A DNA stretch of 52,860 nt from contig JAOZST010000003.1 in assembly GCA_029939535.1 (NCBI GenBank), forward strand, positions 1-52,860, written 5' to 3'. Shown one piece after another: positions 35,352 to 44,341 of this stretch; within the stretch, counting starts at the first letter, position 1; every line of letters begins with the position of its first letter. Below the pieces are notes generated by a model. That model made no database searches, was not told where the DNA came from, and saw nothing but the letters and a program-made list of their open reading frames with translations. The position numbers and the translations under genes were made by a program. The DNA comes from Desulfobacteraceae bacterium (GTDB taxonomy: Bacteria > Desulfobacterota > Desulfobacteria > Desulfobacterales > Desulfobacteraceae).

Positions 35352-38144
35352 ATGGATAAAACGTATATGGAATCAAGGGCAAAAAGGTATCAATTTCTTT
35401 CCACCCTGTATCGCGATGAGATTCCTCTGAAATTAATTCAAAGTATGCAGGGCGAACAATTTCTTACTGGGTTCCTTGAATCTGTAAAAGGATGTGGATT
35501 TATGGATCTAACCAGTGGTGCAGAGGCCATGGCTTCCTGTTTGAAAAATACAGACCCGGAAAAATTGTATAAAGACTTACGTTATGATTATGCAGACATT
35601 TTTCTAAACGCAGGGCCCAATCCCACATTCCCATATGAATCTGCTCACACAGGGAAAACCCCTGTGCTTATGCAAAAGCCAGTTTTAATCCTCAGAGAGT
35701 ATTTTAAAAATGCAGGTGTTCATAAAAATCCTGGCTATAAGGATCTTGATGATCATATTGCAGTTGAAATGGAATTTTTACGGTATCTTCTTGAAAATCA
35801 GAAATCTGAGATGTACATAAACTTTTTTAAAGATACCTATCTTAAATGGGTAAATTCCTTTTGTGATCAACTGACTGCTTCTGCAAAAACCGCATTCTAT
35901 CAAGGTCTTGCTCATTTTACACGGGGAGCCTTGATGTGTGAAAATATGCGGATTGATGGCTTCAGCAGGGGTGAAGAGACCACCCAGAGAATGATGGAAG
36001 CTTGTGCTGCCCTGGATCTTGATTCTGCTTATTTTACGCTGGCAGAAGGTGCTGTTGAGCAAGAGCCATTAAAGGAAATCCCCAGTCATTGTTACACTTG
36101 TGGTGCCTTGTGCGGTATGACAGCAAAAGTTAAAGACGGTATATTGACAGGTGTTTCAGGGCTTCCCGGTGATCCTAAAGGTGGTGGAAGACTTTGCCCT
36201 AAAGGTGCTGCATCTCCAAGCCATCTATATTCACCGTACCGGCTTAAAGAACCCCTCATTAAAGAGAATGGCCGTTTCCGAAAGGCAAGCTGGGAAGAGG
36301 CTCTTGACGCTGTCGCAGACGGTATTAAAAGTATAGAACCTGGAAAATTAGGATTTTTTAGAGGAAATGATTTTATCAACTGGATACATGAGGGACTCTT
36401 TGATCATCTGGGATGCCCCAAAATGACCCACAGGCCCATGTGTGACAATGCCAACCGTATGGCAAATGAGCATAACCTCAATGACAAGAGACCATGGATT
36501 AATTATGAGGAATCCGATTATATTATCCATTTTGGTATGAACGAGTTTGCTACTTCCTATGGACAGCGGAAAACCACTCAATTGAAATCTGCCCTTAAAA
36601 ACGGAGCAAAGCTGGTGGTTTTTGATCCCAGAAGATCTGATACGGCTGCTGCCGCTACAGAGTGGATTCCCGTAAAACCTGCAACTGATGGTGCTGTTGC
36701 ATTGGCAATGTGCTATGTTATTATAAAAAATGAGCTCTATGACAAAGAATTTGTCAAAAACTGGACACATGGTTTTGATGAACTTAAGAACAGGGTGCTT
36801 GGTACGGAAGATGGAATTGCCAGAACCCCTGAATGGGCCGCAGAAATCAGTGATGTACCTGCAGATACCATAGAGCGGATTGCCATGGAATTTGCCATGG
36901 CTGAAAAGAAAGGGGTTATGTCCTGGACCGGAGTGGCACAAGTTCCCAATGGTATGTACGGGACTGCTGCATTACAAGCTTTAAATGGGCTATGCGGTAC
37001 ATTCGATGCTCCTGGAGGACCCTCTCTTCCCTTTAAAAGAAAGTTGAAATCTCCATGGGGAGAGGGACAGGAAAAACCTCCCAAGGGATCTGCTCCCAAA
37101 ATTCATAAATATACCATGTGGTCTGGTTGGGGCCCGGCCAATACGCTGTCTGCTGTAGAAGCAGGCAAACTTAAAGGTATGATCCTCTATTTCGGCGATC
37201 CAGTCCTTTCCTGTGGTAACCAGGAAGATTCTATAAAAGCCATAGAAAAAATGGAATTTAAGGCCGCCATTGAAGCGTATATGTGTAATAGTGCTCTATT
37301 GTGTGATGTTATTCTTCCTGATACCTCATGGCTGGAACAGAGTCAGATAAAATCTGACTGGCTTTACGATGCTTTTATTGCCTACTATGCTGAGATTGTT
37401 GAGCCCATGTATAACACCATGCCTGTGTGGAAAATAACAGTGGAGCTGGCGAAAAGACTAAATTTAGGCAAATATTTCCCATGGGACAATATTGAAGATG
37501 CATTGCGCAATCAGATGGAGGGAACGCCGTGGTCTTTTGATGAACTTAAGGCAAAAGGATTTATTATTACAGATAAGGCAGAATATTTTAAATATAAAAA
37601 ATGGGGAAGTATTAACCCACCGGAAGGATATGGCAGCTCAGGAAAGAGTAAAACAGGAAAATATAACTTTGTGAACCCTGTTGCCCAGGAAAAGGGGATA
37701 GATCCTCTGCCTGATTTTAAAGAACCTGACAAAGAGTTGCAGCCTGACAAAGAATATCCGTTTGTTTTTGGAAATTTTCGGCTGTTTGGGCATGAACATT
37801 CTTCAACTTTTAATAATTTTCAGCTCATGAAAACAAATGAAAAAAATCTTTTGTGGATCAATAAAATCGATGCTAGAGAACTTGGCATAGCTGAAGGTGA
37901 CAAGGTCAGGCTGCAATCCCCATGGGGCAGTGTGGAAACGGTTGCAAGTCCAACATGGTCAATTATGAAGGGAGTTCTTGGCAGCCCAGGAGGTTTTGGA
38001 CATGTTCGTGGAATTGAAGGTGATCCCAAATTTCAGGTAATGGGCGGGATCAACACGCCTAGTCTCATGAAATCAGATGCTTCTGAAAAGGATGGCGGAA
38101 CCACCATTCTAAAATATATAAAAACCAAAGTAGAAAAAATATAA
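35352..38144 (+). CDS. Molybdopterin (bis-MGD) oxidoreductase catalytic subunit with N-terminal TorD/DmsD-like chaperone domain
   Basis: Residues 1 to about 225 carry the TorD-family pattern (RYDYADIFLNAGPNPTFPYESAHTG...YFKNAGVHKNPGYKDLDDHIAVEMEFLRYLLE). Next comes the 4Fe-4S motif HCYTCGALCG...RLCPKG (36087-36197), then molybdopterin and C-terminal MGD-binding domains (FVFGNFRLFGHEHSST..., VRLQSPWGSVE). No RR Tat motif. Confidence 0.85.
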   Translation: MDKTYMESRAKRYQFLSTLYRDEIPLKLIQSMQGEQFLTGFLESVKGCGFMDLTSGAEAMASCLKNTDPEKLYKDLRYDYADIFLNAGPNPTFPYESAHTGKTPVLMQKPVLILREYFKNAGVHKNPGYKDLDDHIAVEMEFLRYLLENQKSEMYINFFKDTYLKWVNSFCDQLTASAKTAFYQGLAHFTRGALMCENMRIDGFSRGEETTQRMMEACAALDLDSAYFTLAEGAVEQEPLKEIPSHCYTCGALCGMTAKVKDGILTGVSGLPGDPKGGGRLCPKGAASPSHLYSPYRLKEPLIKENGRFRKASWEEALDAVADGIKSIEPGKLGFFRGNDFINWIHEGLFDHLGCPKMTHRPMCDNANRMANEHNLNDKRPWINYEESDYIIHFGMNEFATSYGQRKTTQLKSALKNGAKLVVFDPRRSDTAAAATEWIPVKPATDGAVALAMCYVIIKNELYDKEFVKNWTHGFDELKNRVLGTEDGIARTPEWAAEISDVPADTIERIAMEFAMAEKKGVMSWTGVAQVPNGMYGTAALQALNGLCGTFDAPGGPSLPFKRKLKSPWGEGQEKPPKGSAPKIHKYTMWSGWGPANTLSAVEAGKLKGMILYFGDPVLSCGNQEDSIKAIEKMEFKAAIEAYMCNSALLCDVILPDTSWLEQSQIKSDWLYDAFIAYYAEIVEPMYNTMPVWKITVELAKRLNLGKYFPWDNIEDALRNQMEGTPWSFDELKAKGFIITDKAEYFKYKKWGSINPPEGYGSSGKSKTGKYNFVNPVAQEKGIDPLPDFKEPDKELQPDKEYPFVFGNFRLFGHEHSSTFNNFQLMKTNEKNLLWINKIDARELGIAEGDKVRLQSPWGSVETVASPTWSIMKGVLGSPGGFGHVRGIEGDPKFQVMGGINTPSLMKSDASEKDGGTTILKYIKTKVEKI

Positions 38145-38148
38145 AAAA

Positions 38149-38532
38149 ATGACCATTATAGCCTTAAAATCGATTTTTGTTGGTGTTGGCGGATCAATAA
38201 TCCTTGCCGTTTTTTGTTCAACATTTATTGCTGCGGATAAAATTTTGTTCATCATGCCGCTTTTTATTGCTTTTAACGGTGCAATGATGGGCTATCGTCT
38301 GGTGGAAGTGCTGAAAAATTTGATTATAAATATTTCTCTTTTTTCTTTTGTACTGGGAACCGGAGGAGGCGCGCTTACTTTTGTAGCCTTGAATTTTGTC
38401 ATAATTTTTGCCGGACCCTTTATGGGGAACGCCTTTTCACTCAATCTAACCGATTTGTTTGTTTATATGGCTGTATCAGGAATCACAAGTTATCTGGGGG
38501 CAAAACTGGCTGTCAGATATTTTAATTTATAG
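38149..38532 (+). CDS. Small hypothetical integral membrane protein (about 4 TM helices)
   Basis: 127-aa hydrophobic ORF starting 4 nt after the oxidoreductase stop. Confidence 0.55.
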   Translation: MTIIALKSIFVGVGGSIILAVFCSTFIAADKILFIMPLFIAFNGAMMGYRLVEVLKNLIINISLFSFVLGTGGGALTFVALNFVIIFAGPFMGNAFSLNLTDLFVYMAVSGITSYLGAKLAVRYFNL

Positions 38533-38567
38533 TTTTTTTGTGTGTTATTTTAAAAAAGGAGAATCAA

Positions 38568-40259
38568 ATGAGGAAAATTGTTACGTATTTTATTATGCTG
38601 GCGCTGGCTTTGCTTGTCTCAGCGTCAGGCTCTTTTGCCAACAGTATGTCTGCATCCACCTATAAAGCAGGGGATGTGGTTGAAATAACCGGTAAGATTG
38701 CCCCGGGCCAGGATTTGTATATTGCCATTGCCCAGCAGGAAATGTTTGCACCCAAAGACACCAACGGTGCCTTTGAAATAAAAAGATTAAAAAAGGATGG
38801 GAAAAAGAAAGGATTTGATCAGGATACCGCTATCCCGCCCCTTTATTATATGATTACCAACGTCCCTGAAAAGTTTGGTAAAGTAGATAAGAAAAAATTC
38901 GGCGGCCCTTCTGTTCTATTGAAAAAAGGACAAGGGATTTACAGCACCACCATGTTCTATCTGAAAAAGAAATTAAGCGATGTGGATGCAACAGCCCGGG
39001 GTATGCTCGGACCTATCAAATCAGATGAACAATGGAATTTATTCAAATATGCCAATGAGAGTGGCTATGGTATCAATACCATTGTTAAAGAAGGAAATAG
39101 AAAAGGGAAAGTGGTTATTTTTTCACGATCTGTCATCGGTGACCAGTCAAGTGGCAATTACTGGGACAAGGGCACTTCCGTAAAACTGGATAAAGCAACT
39201 GGTGAATTTACTGCCTCCTTTAAATCTTTCAGGCATACTCCGCCCAACACAAAATTTGATGTGTATGCCAATGGCGCTAAAATTGGAAATTATACTGTAG
39301 AAAAAAACGGGTTCTGGCTTTCCAAAGGGTTCAGGTATATGAATCCACTATGGATTGTTATCGGTGCCATTCTGGTTGGAACCTATTTCTCCATGATCGG
39401 TGCTGCCGGTGGTATGCTCATGGCAGCCTTCCAGGTATTGGTTGTCAACACAATGGGGCCAGTGGGTATCAATGCTGCCAATGTATTAAAGCCCTCTAAT
39501 ATTGCCCTGACCCTGTTCTCCCCCCTGGGATCTTTCTGGCGATATGCCAAGATTGAAAAGCGCGTTGCCTGGCCAGTGGGGATCTCCTTTGGTGTGGGTA
39601 TTTTTATCGGGTCCATCTGGCTGGGTAAATATGTATCAGCAGTTCTGCCCATGAAAGCCTATAAGGAATGGCTGGCCATTCTGGTGGTTATAATGGGAAT
39701 CAAGACCCTGATGGAAATGAGACCTGCAGCCATGGCAAAAAGAAAAAATATCAAGGCCATGACCCAGAAATTTAATAAAGAAGTTGCTGCGGCCAAGGCT
39801 GAAGGACGTTCAGCACAGATGGGCAGTATTGAGCCGGTAAAAACAGGGCTGATGGATTATAGATTTAAATTCTGGGGTGAAGAATTTACCATCAACCCCT
39901 TGCTTTTTGCCTTCCTGGGAATTTTTATTGGTATCGTATCCAGATCCTTTGGTATTGGCGGTGGATTCCTCCTGGTACCTGCAATGACCACTTTGGCAGC
40001 TCTTCCCATGTATGTGGCAGTTCCCATATCCTTGATCGGCACCTGTTTTTCCAGTATTGGTTCCTTTGTCGGATATCTCATGGCAGGATACCTGCCTGAC
40101 ATGACCCTTGGTATAGCCATTATTATAGGCGGGTTTGCCGGTGGTATGCTGGGCAGCCGGGCCCAGAAAATGTTCTCGGAAATGACCCTGAAAGTTATTC
40201 TTGCAATTACTTTGTTCTTCCTGTTTTTCAGGTTCTTTAAGATTGAAATCTGGATATAA
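38568..40259 (+). CDS. Signal peptide + periplasmic domain of about 250 aa fused to a TauE/SafE (TSUP) family anion permease
   Basis: AGGAG RBS before ATG 38568. Signal MRKIVTYFIMLALALLVSASGSFA. The C-terminal half is polytopic, with the family motif FGIGGGFLLVPAM and a charged insert between the two half-repeats. Confidence 0.75.
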   Translation: MRKIVTYFIMLALALLVSASGSFANSMSASTYKAGDVVEITGKIAPGQDLYIAIAQQEMFAPKDTNGAFEIKRLKKDGKKKGFDQDTAIPPLYYMITNVPEKFGKVDKKKFGGPSVLLKKGQGIYSTTMFYLKKKLSDVDATARGMLGPIKSDEQWNLFKYANESGYGINTIVKEGNRKGKVVIFSRSVIGDQSSGNYWDKGTSVKLDKATGEFTASFKSFRHTPPNTKFDVYANGAKIGNYTVEKNGFWLSKGFRYMNPLWIVIGAILVGTYFSMIGAAGGMLMAAFQVLVVNTMGPVGINAANVLKPSNIALTLFSPLGSFWRYAKIEKRVAWPVGISFGVGIFIGSIWLGKYVSAVLPMKAYKEWLAILVVIMGIKTLMEMRPAAMAKRKNIKAMTQKFNKEVAAAKAEGRSAQMGSIEPVKTGLMDYRFKFWGEEFTINPLLFAFLGIFIGIVSRSFGIGGGFLLVPAMTTLAALPMYVAVPISLIGTCFSSIGSFVGYLMAGYLPDMTLGIAIIIGGFAGGMLGSRAQKMFSEMTLKVILAITLFFLFFRFFKIEIWI

Positions 40260-40285
40260 TTCATATAAAAGGTAAATTGAAATAT

Positions 40286-40334
40286 AAAACCCGTGTGTTG
40301 AATTTTGGTTATTGCTAAGTCAGCCACGGGTTTT
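40286..40334 (+). terminator. Possible terminator or processing hairpin after the permease gene
   Basis: aaaacccgtg (40286-40295) pairs perfectly with cacgggtttt (40325-40334) and is followed by atttta. The 29-nt loop is large for an intrinsic terminator. Confidence 0.35.
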
Positions 40335-40351
40335 ATTTTAAGGGAAATTTT

Positions 40352-40939
40352 ATGGACGGTTTTTTAGACAGGGTATGGGAAGTTATTTATTCCTTTTTGA
40401 ACAATACAATTATGTTTCTGGATGCCCTATTTTCTCCTCTTGAGGTATTTGGACCGGGAGTTGTTATTTTTTTTCTTGCGTTTCTATCGATTTGCACAAC
40501 AAGAATCATTTCAAAATTTTATGTGACCAAAAGATATATACTCCTTGAAAAGGAATTTCACCACTGGCAGGGCGTTAGAAAAGAAGCACTGAATCATCCT
40601 GATGGGGAAAAAGGCAAGGCCCTGGCAAAAAATATTGACCAGGCTGAATTAAATAAAGCCTATTATGATTATTTCTTTGAAGGGATGTTAAAGCATTTTA
40701 TCGGTAATGTTCTTCCTGTATTGCTGATGGTTTCCTATGTAACCTCGGTGTATACCCCTGAAGCCCTTTTAGAACGATTCGGAGAAAAATGGGTATTTTC
40801 CCTTACTTTGGGATCATCTTTTCATGTGGATGTAAGTTCTTTGTTCTGGTTCGTCCTTTGCTTGTTGCCATCATTTTTATTGATTGCAGTTTTAAAAAAG
40901 GTCTATAAAATACGATATGCCAAAAAAATATTGGTTTAA
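40352..40939 (+). CDS. Hypothetical membrane protein (3-4 TM helices with a charged helical insert)
   Basis: 195-aa ORF. TM - charged segment (LEKEFHHWQGVRKEALNHPDGEKGKALAKNIDQAELNKAY) - TM - TM layout. No confident family. Confidence 0.5.
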   Translation: MDGFLDRVWEVIYSFLNNTIMFLDALFSPLEVFGPGVVIFFLAFLSICTTRIISKFYVTKRYILLEKEFHHWQGVRKEALNHPDGEKGKALAKNIDQAELNKAYYDYFFEGMLKHFIGNVLPVLLMVSYVTSVYTPEALLERFGEKWVFSLTLGSSFHVDVSSLFWFVLCLLPSFLLIAVLKKVYKIRYAKKILV

Positions 40940-41423
40940 TCCGGGGTCATTTTTACGATTCATACCTGTATTCGCAATTGCCAGTTTGATCCTGCTGCCC
41001 CTGGATGTTTATGCCATCCAGATTCATACTAGTTCAGAAGGAATTATTACCCACCAGGTGGGTCATCTTTTTTTTCTTTTTTCCATGGTGGTTCTTATTT
41101 TTACCATCACAGGCAAGGGGCTGAACAAACAAAAAGGCTGGCGCATGATTCAATATTCAGCATTCTTTTTTGTCCTCTGGAATATTGATGCGATTATTGC
41201 TCATTTTTTAGATAACCAGATTTGTGCCATAAAAATAGAAAATATCTCTTTGACCCGGATAAAACTGGTCAGCCAGAATGATTCTTCTGTTCTTCCCTGG
41301 CTGTATTATATCCTAAAGCTGGATCATCTGTTAAGCGTTCCAGCCATGCTGTTTCTTTTCAAAGGACTTTCAAATCTTGTGGATGACCAGAAAAAGATAA
41401 TAAAGGAAAAGGCCAGTCAATGA
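40917..41423 (+). CDS. Hypothetical membrane protein (about 4 TM helices)
   Basis: 168-aa hydrophobic ORF. Overlaps the previous ORF by 23 nt and the following kinase gene by 4 nt (ATGA). Confidence 0.5.
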   Translation: MPKKYWFNPGSFLRFIPVFAIASLILLPLDVYAIQIHTSSEGIITHQVGHLFFLFSMVVLIFTITGKGLNKQKGWRMIQYSAFFFVLWNIDAIIAHFLDNQICAIKIENISLTRIKLVSQNDSSVLPWLYYILKLDHLLSVPAMLFLFKGLSNLVDDQKKIIKEKASQ

Positions 41424-42922
41424 TTGTCTCGTTTATTCCCATACTGGCGGTAGATGTTCTAGGATCTGTGGCCATGGTGGTGATTTCCCTTTTATCCCTT
41501 TACAAAGCAAAAATATTAAGGGGAATGGATCCGGATAATGCTATTTTTCTTTATCTTTTATGGATCAGTGTGGGATTGACGATTTTTTCGGTATCAAGAG
41601 CCTTTGGACATATTTTAAAACAATTTTTAGTGCTCACTTCAAATACAGACACCTGGCACGCCATCAGTGCTTATTCAGGCAGTGTCAACACTGTATCTTT
41701 CATGCTGGTTGGCTTGATCACTCTGTTTTTTAACCAGAATTGGAATATTAATGAAAAAATTTTTTCCGGCAGAAAAAAACTGGAGGAAACCCATATTAAA
41801 CTCATGGATCTGAACCAGACCCTTGAAAATAAAGTTGTTGAGAGGACGGAAAGACTCACGAGCAGCGAGCATAAATGCCGCAGGATATTTGAGCAGTCCC
41901 TGGACACAATTCTTGTTACGGACGCTGAGTTCAGGATAATGGAGACCAATCCGGCTGGTATAGCACTCATGGGATATGACCGGGAAGAGATGATTGAAAA
42001 AAAAATGATCCTGGGGGGCTTTTTTTTGGATTCGTCTGAATGGGAAAAACTCAGCGAAAAAATAAAATTTAAAGAATATATTTTAAATGAAGAAGCTGAA
42101 TTTATAAGGCCGGACAATGAATCCATACTGGTTTTGATTACCGGTGGTCTTGATTATGGCGCCTTTGGATGTGCAAAAACCTATCACTTTATCATCAAAA
42201 ACGTGAATGACAAAAGACAGATGGAACAGCAGATTGCCCAGGCAGATAAACTTGCTGCCCTGGGTGAACTTTCCGCGGGCGTGGCCCATGAAATAAATAA
42301 TCCTCTGGGAATTATTCTTGGCTATACACAGCTTTTATTAAAACAGGAGCAGGAACCTGAGAACAAAGATGATTTAAAAATTATAGAAAAACATGTGCAG
42401 AATTGCAAAACAGTTGTATCTGACCTTCTTTCCTTTTCACGGAAAGGGTCAACTGAGATGAGTATCGTTGATATTAACAAGGTGGTAGACGGTGTGGTTA
42501 AATTTTTATCCAACCATTCTGATTTCAGGAATATTGAAATGACCTTGAATCCCCATAAAGGGGACAGGCTTAATATTCTCGGCAATGAACAGGAATTATC
42601 CCAGGTTATCATAAACCTTGTTATCAATGCCTGTCATGCTGTTGACCGTAAGGGTAATATTGATATTGTCACGGAAAAAACAGATCAGGATAAGATCTTC
42701 ATTAGGGTGAAGGATAACGGCAAAGGAGTGGAAACAAAGAATTTAACCAGGATTTTTGATCCGTTTTTCACCACAAAGCCGGTTGGACAGGGTACTGGCC
42801 TTGGGCTTTCCGTGGGATATGGCATTATTAAACGTCACCAGGGAGATATCAGTGTAAAAAGCAGCAAAGGCAAAGGCACTGTTTTTACCATCAGTCTGTC
42901 TGCCGTTAAATCAAAAGCTTAA
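41420..42922 (+). CDS. Membrane-bound sensor histidine kinase (multi-TM N-terminus, PAS, HisKA, HATPase_c)
   Basis: H-box GVAHEINNPLG, N-box INLVINACHA, G-boxes DNGKGVETKN and GTGLGLSVG. PAS-like segment after a coiled coil. Confidence 0.9.
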   Translation: MIVSFIPILAVDVLGSVAMVVISLLSLYKAKILRGMDPDNAIFLYLLWISVGLTIFSVSRAFGHILKQFLVLTSNTDTWHAISAYSGSVNTVSFMLVGLITLFFNQNWNINEKIFSGRKKLEETHIKLMDLNQTLENKVVERTERLTSSEHKCRRIFEQSLDTILVTDAEFRIMETNPAGIALMGYDREEMIEKKMILGGFFLDSSEWEKLSEKIKFKEYILNEEAEFIRPDNESILVLITGGLDYGAFGCAKTYHFIIKNVNDKRQMEQQIAQADKLAALGELSAGVAHEINNPLGIILGYTQLLLKQEQEPENKDDLKIIEKHVQNCKTVVSDLLSFSRKGSTEMSIVDINKVVDGVVKFLSNHSDFRNIEMTLNPHKGDRLNILGNEQELSQVIINLVINACHAVDRKGNIDIVTEKTDQDKIFIRVKDNGKGVETKNLTRIFDPFFTTKPVGQGTGLGLSVGYGIIKRHQGDISVKSSKGKGTVFTISLSAVKSKA

Positions 42923-42943
42923 TTGTGATCAGGAAAGAAAAGA

Positions 42944-44341
42944 ATGAAGACAAAAATACTTGCAGTTGACGATGAAAAGGATATGACAAGGCTTTTGCAG
43001 AGAACCCTGGAGTCTGAAATCAATTGCAGGGTTTCCATGGCATTTTCAGCAAAAATGGCCTTGGGCATTCTTGAACAGGAATCCTTTGACCTGGTTATTT
43101 GTGATATCAGAATGCCGGGTATGGATGGTTTTGAACTGCTCGGGCATATAAGGGATAGTTATCCTGATTTGACTGTGGTAATGTTGACAGCTTTCGGAAA
43201 TATCGAGTCTGCTGTAAAAGCCATTAAAAAAGGGGCCTATGATTTCATTCCCAAGCCATTTGAGCAGGCTGAAATTATTTTTAAAATTCAAAAAGCCCTT
43301 GAAAGAAGTCTGCTGCTCAAAGAAAATAAACGCCTTTTAAAGGAAAAGACAAAGATCAGTCCTTCTCAATTGATTGGGAAGAGTGAACCCATGCAAAGGG
43401 TGTTTGATCAGATCAATCTGGTTGCATCAAGTGATGTCACCGTGTTGATAACAGGGGAATCAGGAACAGGGAAAGATCTGACTGCAAGATCCATCCACGC
43501 CCTGAGTCCGAGAAAAGATAAGTTTTTTATTCCGGTCAACTGCCCGACCATTCCGGAAAATATTCTGGAAAGTGAATTATTCGGATATAAAAAAGGTGCT
43601 TTCACCAACGCCAACATGGACAGGGACGGACTTTTCCAGGAGGCTGACAAAGGGACTATTTTCCTGGACGAAATAGGAGATATAGGACCCAGTATTCAGA
43701 CAAAGTTATTAAGGGTTCTCCAGGAAAAAGAGATAAAACCCCTTGGGGACACTAAAGTAAAAAAGGTGGATGTACGAATTATCGCATCCACCAATAGAAA
43801 CCTTAAGCAGAAGATTGCCAACCATGAATTCAGGGAAGATTTTTTTTACCGGCTTAACGTGCTGCCCATTGAGCTGCCGCCCTTACGAAATCGCATAACA
43901 GATATTCCCATTCTTGCCGAGCACCTTGTGGCAAAGCATTGTAAAAAGTTGAAAAAAGCATTGAAAATAATATCCGAAGAGGTGATGGATCTTTTGATGA
44001 AACAGCCTTGGCCAGGCAATGTAAGGGAACTTGAAAATGTTCTTGTTCAGGGAATTCTATATTCAAAAGAGAGTATAATTGATCTGTCAGATATTCCTTT
44101 ACAGGAAGCAGACTCAAAAAATTATTGTTTAAAAGGGTTTGATTGCAACAGCATTTCAGTCCTGCCCTATAAAGAAGCAAAAGAAAAATTACTCCAGGAA
44201 TTTAATTACGATTATATCGGTGCCAAACTTTCCATGACCAAGGGCAATATTACCCAGGCAGCCAAGCAATGCAGTATGGATCGCCAGGCCCTGCAGCAGA
44301 TCATGAAGCGGTATGGCATTGATCCTGCTCATTTTAGATAA
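42944..44341 (+). CDS. Sigma-54-dependent response regulator (REC + AAA+ + Fis-type HTH; NtrC family)
   Basis: Receiver DLVICDIRMPGMDG. Walker A GESGTGKDL. GAFTGA-loop variant GAFTNA. Walker B TIFLDEIGD. C-terminal HTH GNITQAAKQCSMDRQALQQIMKRYGI. Confidence 0.9.
   Translation: MKTKILAVDDEKDMTRLLQRTLESEINCRVSMAFSAKMALGILEQESFDLVICDIRMPGMDGFELLGHIRDSYPDLTVVMLTAFGNIESAVKAIKKGAYDFIPKPFEQAEIIFKIQKALERSLLLKENKRLLKEKTKISPSQLIGKSEPMQRVFDQINLVASSDVTVLITGESGTGKDLTARSIHALSPRKDKFFIPVNCPTIPENILESELFGYKKGAFTNANMDRDGLFQEADKGTIFLDEIGDIGPSIQTKLLRVLQEKEIKPLGDTKVKKVDVRIIASTNRNLKQKIANHEFREDFFYRLNVLPIELPPLRNRITDIPILAEHLVAKHCKKLKKALKIISEEVMDLLMKQPWPGNVRELENVLVQGILYSKESIIDLSDIPLQEADSKNYCLKGFDCNSISVLPYKEAKEKLLQEFNYDYIGAKLSMTKGNITQAAKQCSMDRQALQQIMKRYGIDPAHFR

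Noticed and set aside
35352-38144. Selenocysteine (in-frame TGA) or a Tat leader in the molybdoenzyme, and a Moco riboswitch in its leader.
   Set aside because: The ORF is uninterrupted for 930 codons. The N-terminus has no RR-x-F-L-K-type motif. The distance from the putative promoter to the ATG is only about 50-60 nt, which is too short for a Moco RNA motif.
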